DNA of 64,000 bases from Antedon mediterranea (Eukaryota; Animalia; Echinodermata). The notes below the pieces were generated by a model. That model saw only the letters and a list, made by a program, of their open reading frames with translations, had not been told where the DNA came from and searched no databases. Below are positions 37,913 through 50,518 of the stretch, piece by piece (the stretch's first letter is position 1; each line of letters starts with the position of its first letter). The stretch spans positions 2,790,001-2,854,000 of the forward strand of contig NC_092672.1 of NCBI RefSeq assembly GCF_964355755.1, in the 5' to 3' direction. Both the position numbers and the translations under genes were made by a program.

Positions 37913-40415
37913 TTACAAGTTTGCTCACATCTACACTGTACTGTACTATTAATATATTAAAACACAAGTGTTTTTCTGTTACATAGAACATAAAAAAGTA
38001 CAACTCTTCAACAATTTATATTCTCGCACTGTGCCCTAGTTTTTCCATCGTCTGTTGTCAATACAAATTTCATTTTACACAACAACAGTAATCATTGATT
38101 TGCTTAAATTTATCGAGGCCATACATCTTTGGTAATCTTCTCTGAATATTTTCCCAAAAGCATAAATTATATTTACATAATCCTAAAAATAAATCAGAAC
38201 AGGCATATTGTTTCATTCAATTTGTAACCAAAGCATTAAAATATCATTTTATTTTGTACTGTACAGCACTGTTTATTTATTTAATTTTTAAGTGATTTAC
38301 AGTACAAATGTAAATTTATCATTCCTATTAGAAAAAGTGATTTTGTTGTTTATTTTTTATTTATAGAATGAATGACTGACAAGCTACTGTACTGTATAAC
38401 AAATCTCAGGTTTAAGCATTTTTACCGAATTTTTAATTGTTTACTTCAATATAAAATTACAGAATTACTAATATATTTAATTTTTAATTATACTACTGTA
38501 ATTTTACAACTCTCTGTAGACTGCTGAAAAGGAAAAGTACAGAACTATATTTATTTATTTCATTTGCACAACTTTATTTACTATAATTTATATTATCAAT
38601 TCTAGAACATTTTAATAAAATTCTAGGACTTTTCAAAGGCAATAAGCAAAAATCACTTAAATTTGACATATTTCGTTAATGGAATTTATCATAAAACCAA
38701 GGGAACAATTTCATTGGATTCATCTTATTCAAGTGACCCGACCTTAATTATCCAATTGAAACCAGAACCATTCAAGCATAGCATCATTGACTGTTGTTTA
38801 GTGAAATCACCCAAGGTGGTTTATTTACTGTGTTAGTTAATCACAAAGATCATAGAAAAATGGTCAAATTGGTAGGATTTTGGCAAGGGATGGTTTTAGC
38901 ATGGCTAAGTTGGGTTCTGAAAGAAGTAAATGTTGGTTTGACAATATAACTGCAAATCTTGAATTTGAGGTGTGTTAATTAATAGTAATTACTAATAATT
39001 TTCATTAGTACAATATAAATATCTATTGTCTATTGAAATTGAAATACTGTGTATTGTATGATTGATACACCAACCAATTTATCGACAAATTTATAAATTT
39101 AAAAAGGAAAATTCCAATTAAATGATTTGATGTACAGTATAGTCAATTCTTTAATTAGTGTTTATTTAAAATTAGTTTACAATAATAGAAATTAAATCTA
39201 AGCAAATTTAATATCCAGTGAACATTTTTTCATGAATAACATGACCAAAATTGTTTTAAAATAGAACTCAACTATATACTTGAATATTGGCAATACTGTA
39301 AATTACAAGGGGCCTACAGTACTTAAATAGATGAAATGTACGGATTCTTAAAACGAAATACACGTTTCTTCCTGTCTAAAACACAGGCTAATATAATACA
39401 GTAGCATTTTATTTTAAAATTTAACCCAACAGCAAAAAGGATTCGCCAATAACAGGATATACTGTATGTCTGATCAATTTTGTACCTCCATGGTCTGATA
39501 GACTAATAATATGTTTTTGCTGGTCTTAACAATACATTTAATGCAATTCAACAACCCAAAAAATAAATGTTAATTTGTGGTAGATTTGGTGAAATAAAAT
39601 TGAGAGGTTGTGGTCGATATTGCTGGTGGTACTGGTAGTACACATTTTGACCTCATCAAAGTCCAGGAGGGCATTGACAGTCTATGTGTTACAGTACAAT
39701 GATGATGGGTGAAAATTGTTAGTGGTGAAGGGTAGGTCTACCTTCTCAAATATTAAATGACCTCCTAAAATACCTACTACCCACTCTGGTTATTTGCATA
39801 TCTCACCCGGCCAAGGCCAACACTCGGCGTGTAGCCCCCTTGAACAGTATGACCTCGTAACCGGATATATAATACGTGCGGAACAAAGACGGAAAGGGTA
39901 GAGCCTGGGATTTCACCCCACCTCTTTCACATTGGAAAAGTACGGTATAACACGCTACCAAAACACAAATTTCGCACATCGAAAAAATGTAAAAAAATCT
40001 ACCTAAAAGTGATCAAAAGTAAGTTGGGCGATAATAGTATATATATTTTAATGTTACCTGAGTATAAATTATTTAAAAAATACCGGAACCGTAAAAATTT
40101 AGGATATTGAAGTCGGATATGAACAAAGAATGTAACCCACTTCTGTGAAACCAACAACCCCCATCGATTTGAGGTTTGGTCACAAATTACTAATTTACAC
40201 TTGTCTAAAATGAAAAAAATAACAAAATGTTCGTTCCTACCACGTATATTGTACTCGGCAACGCTTGTCATATCATTTCCTAGTATTTTAATGCTTTTAA
40301 TTAACAGATAGCACCAGTTAAAAGAATATAAACAAGCCGATCTTGTACTGCATGTGATGTCGTTCGCTGTGTATCGCTTGTGTACGTACTCAGTGTGTGA
40401 AGATGATTGACTTAC

Positions 40416-40680
40416 AAAATTTGCTTCCTAGTTATGTTCGTTTGTTCGCAAATGTAGGTGTATGTTAACTCCACGTAAACCAACAACTCTATTAATTTTA
40501 TACATAGATATTTAGATTTAACCACATTTAAATTACATAAATGCAATAAATATAACAGAATAATTTTTTAATAATTTTATTATGATTTATAATGAATATA
40601 AACGTTTATTTTTATTATCTTTTTTCGAATAAATTGTAATATATTTTGAGATCCTATTTCTCAAATGAATAAAATGGCGG
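40416..40680. promoter_or_regulatory. Likely bidirectional promoter between the zinc-finger gene (-) and MRPL44 (+)
   Basis: Minus-strand donor TTT|gtaagt at 40415 (candidate first exon end). The MRPL44 ATG sits in a YY1-type AAAATGGCGG context at 40671-80. CpG-containing sequence from about 39800 to 40480. Confidence 0.5.
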
Positions 40681-40752
40681 CCCCCTGTGTTCGACATGTT
40701 CCTTATTTATTTTACTGCAAACATTCGTTTTTACACACTAAGATTGTTTTAG
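40674..40752 (+). CDS. MRPL44: MRPL44 exon 1 (mitochondrial presequence MAAPCVRHVPYLFYCKHSFLHTKIVL)
   Basis: aaaATGgcg start and donor AG|gtaaac. Phase 1 fits exon 2. The peptide is basic with no acidic residues. Confidence 0.75.
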
Positions 40753-41510
40753 GTAAACAATATATTCCATTCAACATTGGTAGGTAATTTACTGTCATAT
40801 TTTATGCTTACATTTTGATATTGACTCTGCACAACTCGACTATTTTATTCAGCTAGCTAGGCCTGTCAATTGTGTAGTTGTGGTACGGTGTGAATGGCAT
40901 GATGATGTCTGGACTAATCCGGCTGGGAAATACATTTTTATCGTATGTTGGCCTAGCCTAAACATAGCCAGGCATATATTTGTAAACAGGCTTAATACTT
41001 TCGTATTACGATGTTATAATTATCAAGTAATAATGTTGGATGCCAAACAAATGTAATTTAAAGTGTTTTATTATTTAATTAGGCCTAGAGAGGCCAGCCC
41101 TAGAAGTATAGATAGTACTACTGTAGCTAACTAGGCTATTTTAATTTTTTAAGTACGTAACGTAGGCCTAGAGCTACCCTATTTTACTATCTATAATCTA
41201 GGCTATAATTTTAGTAAGTGGAGGTCTTTAATTATTTATTAATTAGGCTGTCCTAGTTTAATTTCTATATAAAAATATTAAAACACTGTTTAGTGACCAG
41301 GCCTCAGGTCAAAGCTTCTAGCTGCTAAAGGTACTGTACAGTAAAGTTACATGACATAAACCACTGCCTCACCGACGTGTATACATATATACGCTATGTT
41401 TAAAGTTCTGTCAGCGGAATGCAATTATTGATTTGTCCACAATTCACAGTAATCATGTACAAATGTATTGTTAATTAATAATAATAATCAGTGATTCCTT
41501 TTTACTTGTT

Positions 41511-41585
41511 GGTTGGCTTAGTGGTGTAGCCTTTTTCTAGCTATCAAGTCCAGGTTTCGATTCTGGTACGCTTTTTTTTTTTTTA
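41511..41585 (+). mobile_element. tRNA-derived SINE head / tRNA-like pseudogene
   Basis: A-box TGGCTTAGTGG, T-arm ccag-gtttcgatt-ctgg (B-box-like), then a T run. No full cloverleaf. Confidence 0.5.
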
Positions 41586-42268
41586 ATTTAATACGTCATC
41601 GTCTTTACTTACCATCGCCTAGAGGGATGTGTTTTTTTTGGTTTTGCATTTTATTCAGACATAGGCCTAGTTTAAAGTTAAATATGTAAGTAGACATTGA
41701 ATATTTTAAATAGTAGAACTGCAGTTGGTCATCTTCAACATGACAATACAATCCGAGGTTCAAATCTTATTGGATTTGCAAATGTTGTTTACAGGGCCAT
41801 CGCTTAATCACTGACTTATGAAGCATGGGCTTACAATTGAACATGTTGTTTGAAATATGTTGAAATATAAAAATTAATTTGTTTAATATGTGGGTGAGAT
41901 TTAAATGACTTAAGATAATTAGGCGAAACGCTCCATTCGTAGCTCATTTGTATTCCTCTCAAAGATTTTGCAATTAATGTAATGCGTGCACTGCATAGCC
42001 AAGCCTAGTTTTGTGCGCTTGTCACTGCTAATAAAACACATGACTGAAAAGAAAAGATGAGACAAGTAATACACCGACTAAAGTTTTAAGAATTGAATTA
42101 TAAGTAAAGGTGTATTATAGGTAGTAAATAATGATAGATGTTGCATTGAAGACATTTCTTATATGTCCCTCTTGAAAAAAAAATAGCTTAAAAAGTTCAC
42201 ATTTTGTAGGTGGCTGATTCTTGTTCAAATCCTGTATCAAGGATATGTATTATTTCATACCTTTATAA

Positions 42269-42380
42269 AGGTCTGTCTACACTATCAAACTTTTTATGTG
42301 ACAAAAAAAAAAGTGATGTGCCCATACTGATACTAAAGATGATGAGCACATCACACTAGTTTGATAGTGTAGACAGAGCT
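42269..42380. mobile_element. Family-A MITE
   Basis: taa|aggtctgtctacactatcaaact ... agtttgatagtgtagacagagct|taa (perfect TAA TSD). Confidence 0.85.
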
Positions 42381-42486
42381 TAATGGCTTTTTTTTTGTGA
42401 AGTAAAAACGATTGTAAAAATTTAAAATTAAAGTAAAATTTAGTTTAAAAATTACAATGAATCAAGAATATACATTGTAAATTGCA

Positions 42487-42623
42487 ATTATAGTATATAA
42501 GACCAAAGATATAATATATTATAGTATATAAGACTGGACTAAAGATATAATATATTATAGTATATAAGACTGGACTAAAGATATAATATATTATAGTATA
42601 TAAGACTGGACTAAAGATATAAT
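42487..42623. repeat. 36-bp minisatellite (about 4 copies)
   Basis: Unit attatagtatataagactggactaaagatataatat. Confidence 0.9.
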
Positions 42624-42641
42624 TATTTTCTTATACTACAG

Positions 42642-42762
42642 TGAAACGTGATCATACAAGGTGGTTCCGCCCAATGCTGACTGAAATCAATACACAAATA
42701 AAGAAAATTAATTCAAAATTTGGTGAAGAAAAAATAAAACCACGTTCGCACAAAGAGAATTG
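42642..42762 (+). CDS. MRPL44: MRPL44 exon 2 (VKRDHTRWFRPMLTEI...KPRSHKENW)
   Basis: tacag| ... TG|gtaagt, 121 nt, phase 1 to 2. Resembles the recalled MRPL44 motif RRSEKPNW. Confidence 0.88.
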
Positions 42763-43317
42763 GTAAGTCTTGTAAGATGTTATATAATATTGATACAGTA
42801 CTACTGTAGTTTGACGTCTAGTGTGGACAGGATAGTTAATGTGTTTACATACTAGGTTTTTAATTCCGCTGTCTGGAGGTAGGACGTAGACACCCACCTA
42901 GCTTATATCAAGGGTTTCATTCAACACACCTGCAAGACATCTTTATGATCTCTAAATACCTTTTCATTTTTTCACCACAAACCGCTAAATTGTTGCTACC
43001 ATATTCAAATAGCACCGACTGTATACTGTAGGCCTACTCTAGAAATATCCCTTTGTTACCAATAAGATAACTTTGTTAGTTATTTAATACTTGACTTAAT
43101 TGGACTTTTTAACCGGCTGATTCTTGGTGGGTACTGTATCTATAATTTGTACAGTATTCATTAAAATTCTGTGATACATCTAAAAACTGTAACATATGTG
43201 ATCACATGTGATGCCTTTATCATGTCATAAGGCTATCCTAAACATAATACAGGTAACATCTGATGGATATGACACTGTATTACACCTGATTGCAGAATTG
43301 ACTTTTGGTTGAAGGAC

Positions 43318-43426
43318 ATCAAACTAGTTTGACAGAAACAGTGTGATATGCCCAAATATGGTAGTGATATGACATCATCATGACATTTTTTTGTCACAAA
43401 GTTTGAAAGTGTAGACAGACAGAGCT
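43318..43426. mobile_element. Family-A MITE (left TIR truncated)
   Basis: atcaaactagtttgac...cccaaatatggtagtgatatgacatc...gtgtagacagacagagct|taa. Confidence 0.8.
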
Positions 43427-44287
43427 TAAGTGAAATAGCGGCAAGGTTTAGGCTAGACGTGCAAGTCAGAAATCCTTGCATCGCTTCCCTCCAGGCAACG
43501 GTCCGCGGAAGTTTTTTGGTATCCGCATGGGCACTGTAAATTGCACGTTCGGTTGCACACTACCACGTTGCCTGTTTCGACAGTTCCCTATTAATGGCAT
43601 ATGGAGAGAGAAAAATGATGGTGAATCTACTCTGCTTTGTTTCTGGTAGTTAAACTATAGTACAAACAAACAAAAGAATATAAAAATAGCATAAAAAATA
43701 TAAAAATGTTAAGTTGTAAAAAATAGATTAGTTTTAAAGGCAAGGGGATAACCATTACAAATATGAATGATTGCCTTTTATGTATTTGTACTTTGTATTT
43801 AATTTGATAACCATTTTAAGATATGACCTATTTCATAATAGCTAGCATTTATCTATGGTATTCTTTTTATGTCGTATATCTTTACTTATTTTTCTACTAA
43901 ATGTATACAATTTCTTGTATTGCTTTCATTTGTCGCATTTAAAAACATTAACAACTTACATTTGATACCGAACATCATTGAACCTACATCGTTTCTCATT
44001 TAAAGGTTGATGAAAACATTCACGATTTTTATCCAATGTTTCACAATTTTTTAAGACTGATGCTGTTTTCAGTTTTGTATTATGTTTCAGCTGTAATATA
44101 GAAGAGTGCAATGTTTAGTTTCTGGGGATATTAATATCTGTATTTCTATTGATAACAACCTGGCCTGGTTATCACAATACATTGATTAAAATTATTTTAC
44201 TATGATTCTATCCCAAAGTATGTAAAGTGCTTGTAATATAAAAAATATAATGTACCTACTCTACCTACACTTAAAAGTACACCCTAA

Positions 44288-44675
44288 AGCTCTGTCACAA
44301 ACTTTGAAATGTGATGTGCCCATATGGACATGATGATGTCATATGACTACCATATTTAAGCATATCACTACCATATTTGGGCATATCACTACCATATTTA
44401 AGCATACAGTATCAATACAATATTTGACACTTGGTATAGTGTAGACAATGCTTTATACAATGAACCATAAAGCTCTGTTTACACTATCAAACTTTATGTG
44501 ACAAAGAAATGTGGTGTGCCCATATATGTACATGATGATGTCATATCACTACCATATTTAAGCATATCACTACCATATTTGGGCATATCACTACCATATT
44601 TAAGCATATCACTACCATGTTTAGGCACATCACACTTTTTTAGTCAAAATAGTTTGATATAGTGTAGACAAAGCT
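44288..44675. mobile_element. Two adjacent family-A MITEs (44288-44452, 44471-44675) with expanded internal 21-bp repeats
   Basis: Each is bounded by taa|agctctgt ... gtgtagaca..gct|tta and contains 3-4 copies of catatcactaccatattt. Confidence 0.85.
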
Positions 44676-45149
44676 TTACAATTACATACTAGGAAATGGA
44701 CATTTCATCTTAAAGAGTAGTTCCGCTGTTGAGATATATTCATTTATTTATTGGTCAGTCCTAGAATTTTTTATTTTTATTTCTTTTTTATCGTTGACTG
44801 TATACGTAAATTGATTATAAAAGTGTATTACGGTAACCACTGTTGGAAGTAATAGGAGACTATGCCGTTACTATATTATTGTACACAAGTACTTAAATTT
44901 CGCTGTAAGTATTAATTCTTTGTTATACTAAATATTAGTTTTATCCTATAATTCTATAGATAAATATACAAACCTTAATAATCTTTAAGCGACCAAATGG
45001 CATCATTTATTTGATTTTCAGGAAAGATGAAAATAGATTGTTTTATGATCCAAGTCACAAACAGATTAGAGACATTCTTTTAGTGGATACTTATGTTTCA
45101 TACCGGAAATAAAGAGGTCTTATTTTGAAATATTCTTGAAATAGTCTTA

Positions 45150-45291
45150 AGCTCTGTCTACACTATCAAACTAGTTTGATATGATAGTGATATGCTGAAG
45201 TATGATAGGATATGACACCATCATGTCCTTAGGCCTATATGGGCACATCACATTTTGTTGTCACATAAAATTTGATAGTGTAGACAGAGCT
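45150..45291. mobile_element. Family-A MITE
   Basis: tta|agctctgtctacactatcaaa ... tttgatagtgtagacagagct|tta. Confidence 0.88.
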
Positions 45292-46371
45292 TTACTAAAA
45301 TGTATGTGCTAGTTTCCAGTTTTATTCATTGAGGTTATACAGGATGGGCTACAGACTGCGATGGTCGCACCATTCGAAAAGGAAGCATTATGGGGTTCAA
45401 TGGGTAAATTGTTTTCCTTAGGAATTTGATATCTGGTAGTATACTGGAAGCTGAAGTGTACTACACCCTTCCTTAAAGGTTATAAAACCGCAGAAAACAA
45501 TGAAGTAAAAAATGATATGTGTAAAGATTTTAGCAAGAGTAAGGCTTTGCACCTACTTCTAGCTAGTGTTCATTGACACAAATCTAAATCTTCATTCATT
45601 TTCTCCATGTTAATAATTCCAGTTTTTAATAAGTTAGCTACTTATCTATAAGGAAACCAAATTCATAAAAGATCTATCAATCTGCTATCTCCATTAAGTA
45701 ATCGATTTAATACATTTTTTATAGGAATCGGCCGACTGTTTCAATTATTGCTATGGACGTAGCTTTGTTTAATTACATATACATATAACGTCTTCACTCT
45801 CGATAGAGTTGCCCTAGTTCTACGTGACCCCCCAGGTTGATTGTCCCATGTACTATTACATGTGTCTACTGCCCTTACTTCTAACACAGTTAAACTCATC
45901 TATGAAATCCTCCCACTGAAATACAATACCTGATCTAAGGATTAATAGCGCAACAGACACTGCAACACGGCGTAAATTAAAACTGTAAAATTAGTGTTTA
46001 TTTGTTTTACTTCGTTGTTAAACTCAAAACTTTCACATTTACTTCTGTAATGTGAAGTACGATTTTATGCCCCATTAAATTTTATTAATGAATTACTACG
46101 AAAATGAATGTAACTTAATGCAGCAATGTTCGTCAGGGTAGAAATGTTAAATATGGTGTATGTACAGTACCTTCAGTTTCATTATGTTAAAACAGTGTTC
46201 AATTAATTAAAATATTCTTTTACCCGTAACTAATTTGTCTAAATGTGCAAAGATTTCAAGAGTCTGTTGAACTAATTAATAGTGATTATTAAATATGTGT
46301 ATACAATGTGTACCATTTTGTGTGTTTGTGTTCTGTTACCGGTAGTTTAATTTTAAAAAGATATACCTAGT

Positions 46372-46628
46372 AAAGCACACCCTTACTTAATATTTAAGCA
46401 CACCCTTACTTAATATTTAAGCCCACCCTTACTTAATATTTAAGCACACCCTTACTTAATATTTAAGAACACCCTTACTTAATATTTAAGCACACCCTTA
46501 CTTAATATTTAAGCACACCCTTACTTAATATTTAAGCCCACCCTTACTTAATATTTAAGCACACCCTTACTTAATATTTAAGCACACCCTTACTTAATAT
46601 TTAAGCACACCCTTACTTAATATTTAAG
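46372..46628. repeat. 23-bp minisatellite, about 11 copies
   Basis: Unit taagcacacccttacttaatatt. Confidence 0.97.
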
Positions 46629-47043
46629 TCTGGTTTAAAATATACCTAATGTGTGATGTCATTTTAGAAATTTGTACCAAACTCTATTCATAATTTGAAT
46701 TTAATTTGTAAAAATGCGATTGTAACTTTTTTTAATGATTTTTAATGTGACTGTTTATACTTTTACACTTTTTGTCATTTTTTAGTCTGTTTATGTATAT
46801 GTATTTGCTGACAACTGACATAAATTGTTTTTTACAAAGACAAATATTGTATCTTGTATAGTCGAATATATTGTATAATTCTGTATTGTTGACATCAGTA
46901 TGATTTATGACCGTAAATACTGACAGTTTGATTGGGAAGGGGTTTAAATCGATTTTAAAGTTTAAAGTTCATAACCAACTGTAATTAGTTTATTTAACAA
47001 TTTCAACCAATTTTATTTGCTAATTCTTCTGTTACCTTGATAG

Positions 47044-47231
47044 GAATTATAGTAGTGAGTTATACGCTTTTGGCAAACGACTAGGTGAGGAATTCTCAGA
47101 GGACTCATTGCGAGCAGCCTTCACCAACAAGTGTTACATTGAACGAGAAGAACGTAAAAGAGGAGAATTGGGACTTGACGGTGATAGTGCCCTCGTTCAG
47201 TTGCAAGACAACACAAAATTGTCTACAAAAG
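47044..47231 (+). CDS. MRPL44: MRPL44 exon 3 (RNase III-like domain: NYSSELYAFGKRLGEEFSEDSLRAAFTNKCYIEREE...LQDNTKLSTK)
   Basis: Closely parallels the recalled human [37 protein letters not shown]. tag|...G|gtttgt, phase 2 to 1. Confidence 0.93.
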
Positions 47232-49036
47232 GTTTGTTTTGTCTGTTATAAATATAAATTAATTCGCTTGTATCTTTATAGGAGATCTTTTGGTTCTAAT
47301 TGATAAAAAAGCAGCTTCATAATTGTGTATTATAATGTTGTTATTGACATTATTTGTTAATGTAGCAAATTAAGTATTATAGATTTGTCTGTTATACTGT
47401 AAATATATATTAAATGAATTTATTTTTTTATAGCAGAATTTTTGATAAATTAAAATCATAAATAAGTGAAAAACAGTTTCATAATAGTGTATATTAATGT
47501 TATGTTATTAATTAATGTTATGTTATTAATGTTATGTTGATATGTTGTTATTTAATATTGTGTTTAAATGTAGCAAATTAAGTAAGAACTTAGAACAGTG
47601 ATACTGAATAATACCCCATGCATGTGCTGTTTATTACCGTCTGTACAACTATACTTTCCCTCAATCCAATCCACCCCACCACATACAGTATGTTATGTTG
47701 TAATGTTGTTATTTTTTTTAATGTATCAAATTAAGTAAGAACTTAGGGGGGAAACGGTGACGTAATCCCCCCACCATCCCCCATTTGTCTGTCCACCTGG
47801 ATCCACCTGTGTATACTAGTATATTCAGTTGTGGTTTGTCTGATAACATGATGTGTTGTACATTTGTATGTTCAGCATCAGCAACTTCATTCCACACCTT
47901 TCAACTTTTATTTTCTTTCACAAAATGTAATTGTTGTTTATTTTTGCGATAATAAAGAATAGGACATTGATACTTTACTGTATTATTCAAAAAGTTAAGG
48001 TGTTAGAATACATATATTTCTTGAAGCATGACAGTCTCGAGCCTTCGCAGTTATATAAACACGTTTTATTGTCTTATATCTCTAATACACTTCTTTACGG
48101 CCCGTGTAGCTAATGTTACAAATATGTACGATTTATTTTACAATATCAGGCTAAATATGGATTTTTTAATTTATCATCAAATTGACTAAGATACTGATCA
48201 CCCTACGAACAGATCGATTTACTGAAAACCAATATTTCAATGTATCAAATGAAACAAAACATCTCTTTTGGTCACTGGATTATAATATATCATAAAAAAT
48301 GACGACATGTTATTTTGAGATGGACAGTCTAATATATTACACCACAAAAAGGGAGATTCTGTATGCCCAGGTACTTACTTAAACCTATCTCTCTGTATGT
48401 TTTTGTTAAACTTGTTTGAAATACACTAGAAATTATGGGACACTTTGAGACAAAACAAAGTACTGTATCCACTTGATTGGTGTTGGCTGGAAAACATATT
48501 TTGTTCCATCTGTTTCCTTAATAAATACCTGTGAATAGAAATGTCCCATGAATAGGGGTTGCCTCTTTTGTTAAAATTAAATTAAGTTTAATACATTCAT
48601 TCAGTCAATCTTTTATTTCGGAATCTCTGGTCCATAGAAAGTAAAAATTACATATAAATGAAATAAAATAAATTATTGAATTAAATTTGTACCAAAATAA
48701 ATTAATTACGGTATATAGATTATTAAAAACAAAATTCATTTGAACCATAAATGAAAAATGCTTGATTTTATAAATGGATATATTAACTTTAAATTGAATT
48801 GATTAACTTTTTTCTTGAAGATTGATGTAGTCTTGTAGTTTTAAATTTGACAGGTAACACATCTAGGAATGACGTTCGTTCACACTACATTACAGAACAA
48901 AAAAACACTTTTCTCATAAACCTAATGTAACATCATAAAAGCTTGGGGCAAGCATTATTAACTGTTAATGTATCCTATGTTCACAGGGGTTTTAAATCGC
49001 AATTAAAATGTTATCAATGTTTTTTATTTTTCTCAG

Positions 49037-49112
49037 GAATTGAATTTATTTCTGAGTATGTTTTGACCTACTTGCGTTGTGTTCTTCCAACTTTACCACA
49101 AGAAGGTATTAA
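49037..49112 (+). CDS. MRPL44: MRPL44 exon 4 (GIEFISEYVLTYLRCVLPTLPQEGIK)
   Basis: tctcag| ... AA|gtaagt, phase 1 to 2. Matches P.MP.EGIK. Confidence 0.9.
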
Positions 49113-49729
49113 GTAAGTTTTCTTCGTTTTCTTTATATATTTTTAATAAAAAGTGAAATACTATAGCTTGGTAGGGCATCATATAAAAGCTTAATAATAA
49201 TAATAAAGTAAAGTTATTTTTTCTTTATATTGGTAATAAACGAGAGATTCTACAGTAAAGATGGAATGAAAAATACGATATGATATTATTTATTGTCATT
49301 TTAATAACAAGGTACAAATGAAATTTGGTTAGTCGGTTTACATTTTGATTTTACTACAAATGAATACTTAAATAAAGCGTTTAATCTAAAGAGATCTTAC
49401 GAAATTGGTATTAAAAACGTGAATAGAATTATAAACAAATGATATGGAACGTTCAATTGTCATTCGATGGTAACTGCTTTTAATATTTACATGGTGGAAC
49501 AGCACTAATGTCGTTGTACAGTATGCAAGCAGATTTTTTTGCATTAATACATTATTATTTTATAAATAAAATACTTTAAAATCTAAATAAATTTTTCAGC
49601 AAATCGTTTCTCTTCTTTAACGAAGGATTGTCAGATACAGTCTAGTTTATGATACAAATGTTTGATTGTTTCTTAGTCATAAACTTTCAAACAATACATT
49701 CCTAGTTTTAAGTTTGTTTTTTTTTTCAG

Positions 49730-49814
49730 AGCCATTTGTGACTTCCTCCTCGATACAGATACGATTGTAAATATTTCCAGCAACTTAGGTGTTCCAGATC
49801 TGACCCTCAGCGCG
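49730..49814 (+). CDS. MRPL44: MRPL44 exon 5 (AICDFLLDTDTIVNISSNLGVPDLTLSA)
   Basis: ttttcag| ... GCG|gtaaga, phase 2 to 0. Matches VDFL...ARNLAVEQLTLS. Confidence 0.9.
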
Positions 49815-50010
49815 GTAAGAATTCATTCTTTTCAATTCAACCCATTTTCATTAATGATGCTATGAATTTTTAAAAAGTAGGTTGAACACTGAAGGTGCTA
49901 AAACCAAGAGTTTGATAAATTGGAATTTTGATTCAGCTGGGAAAGAATGTCGGATTAATGGGAAGGTTTAACGTATAAAAAGATTTTCATTTTTTAATAA
50001 CGATATTATT

Positions 50011-50518
50011 ATTATAATATAATAATTATGTCTGTCGGGCAACTACTAATTATGCAGCTTAAAAAAAACCACCCTTTTACCCTTCCATGTCAGACATTGG
50101 ATTTTTGTTTGATCAAATATTTTTTCTTTGCCGATTTTCTTTTATTTTAATACAATTTTAATAAAATGTATTAATGTAAAAAAGCTTACTAAGTAAAAAT
50201 GTCCGTTAATTAGGTCAAAGGTTAATAGGTCATAATGCAAAACCCACATTATAATATAATAATTATGTCCGTCAGGCAATTTCTTTTGTTAATTTTTATG
50301 CTGGTTTTAAAATCACCCGTTTAACCCTTCCTAGCAGACATTGGATTTCTGTGTTCGATCAATATTTTTTTCTCTGCCGATTTTCTTTTATTGATCATTT
50401 CAACAAATTAATTTTTTCAATCATTTTCATCTATGCAATAAGTATTAATGTAAAAAAGCTTACAGTATAAATTTCTGTTATTTAGGTCAAAGGTTAATAG
50501 GTCATAATACAAAACCCA
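50011..50518. repeat. Diverged tandem duplication of about 240-270 bp containing AGGTCA direct repeats
   Basis: Units start at 50011 and 50248. Both end taggtcaaaggttaataggtcataat.caaaaccca. Confidence 0.8.

Noticed and set aside
41511-41571. Functional tRNA gene
   Set aside because: No acceptor stem or anticodon arm, and an internal T5 run. Treated as a SINE or pseudogene.
45343-45403. Phase-compatible pseudo-exon in MRPL44 intron 2 (tacag|...GG|gtaaat)
   Set aside because: The peptide has no MRPL44 similarity, and 42642-42762 fills that position convincingly.
45836-45862. TGATTGTCC (miR-219 seed-like), also AAGCTGCCA at 8662 (miR-22 seed-like)
   Set aside because: Only the seeds match. 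The remainder and hairpin context do not fit the known miRNAs.
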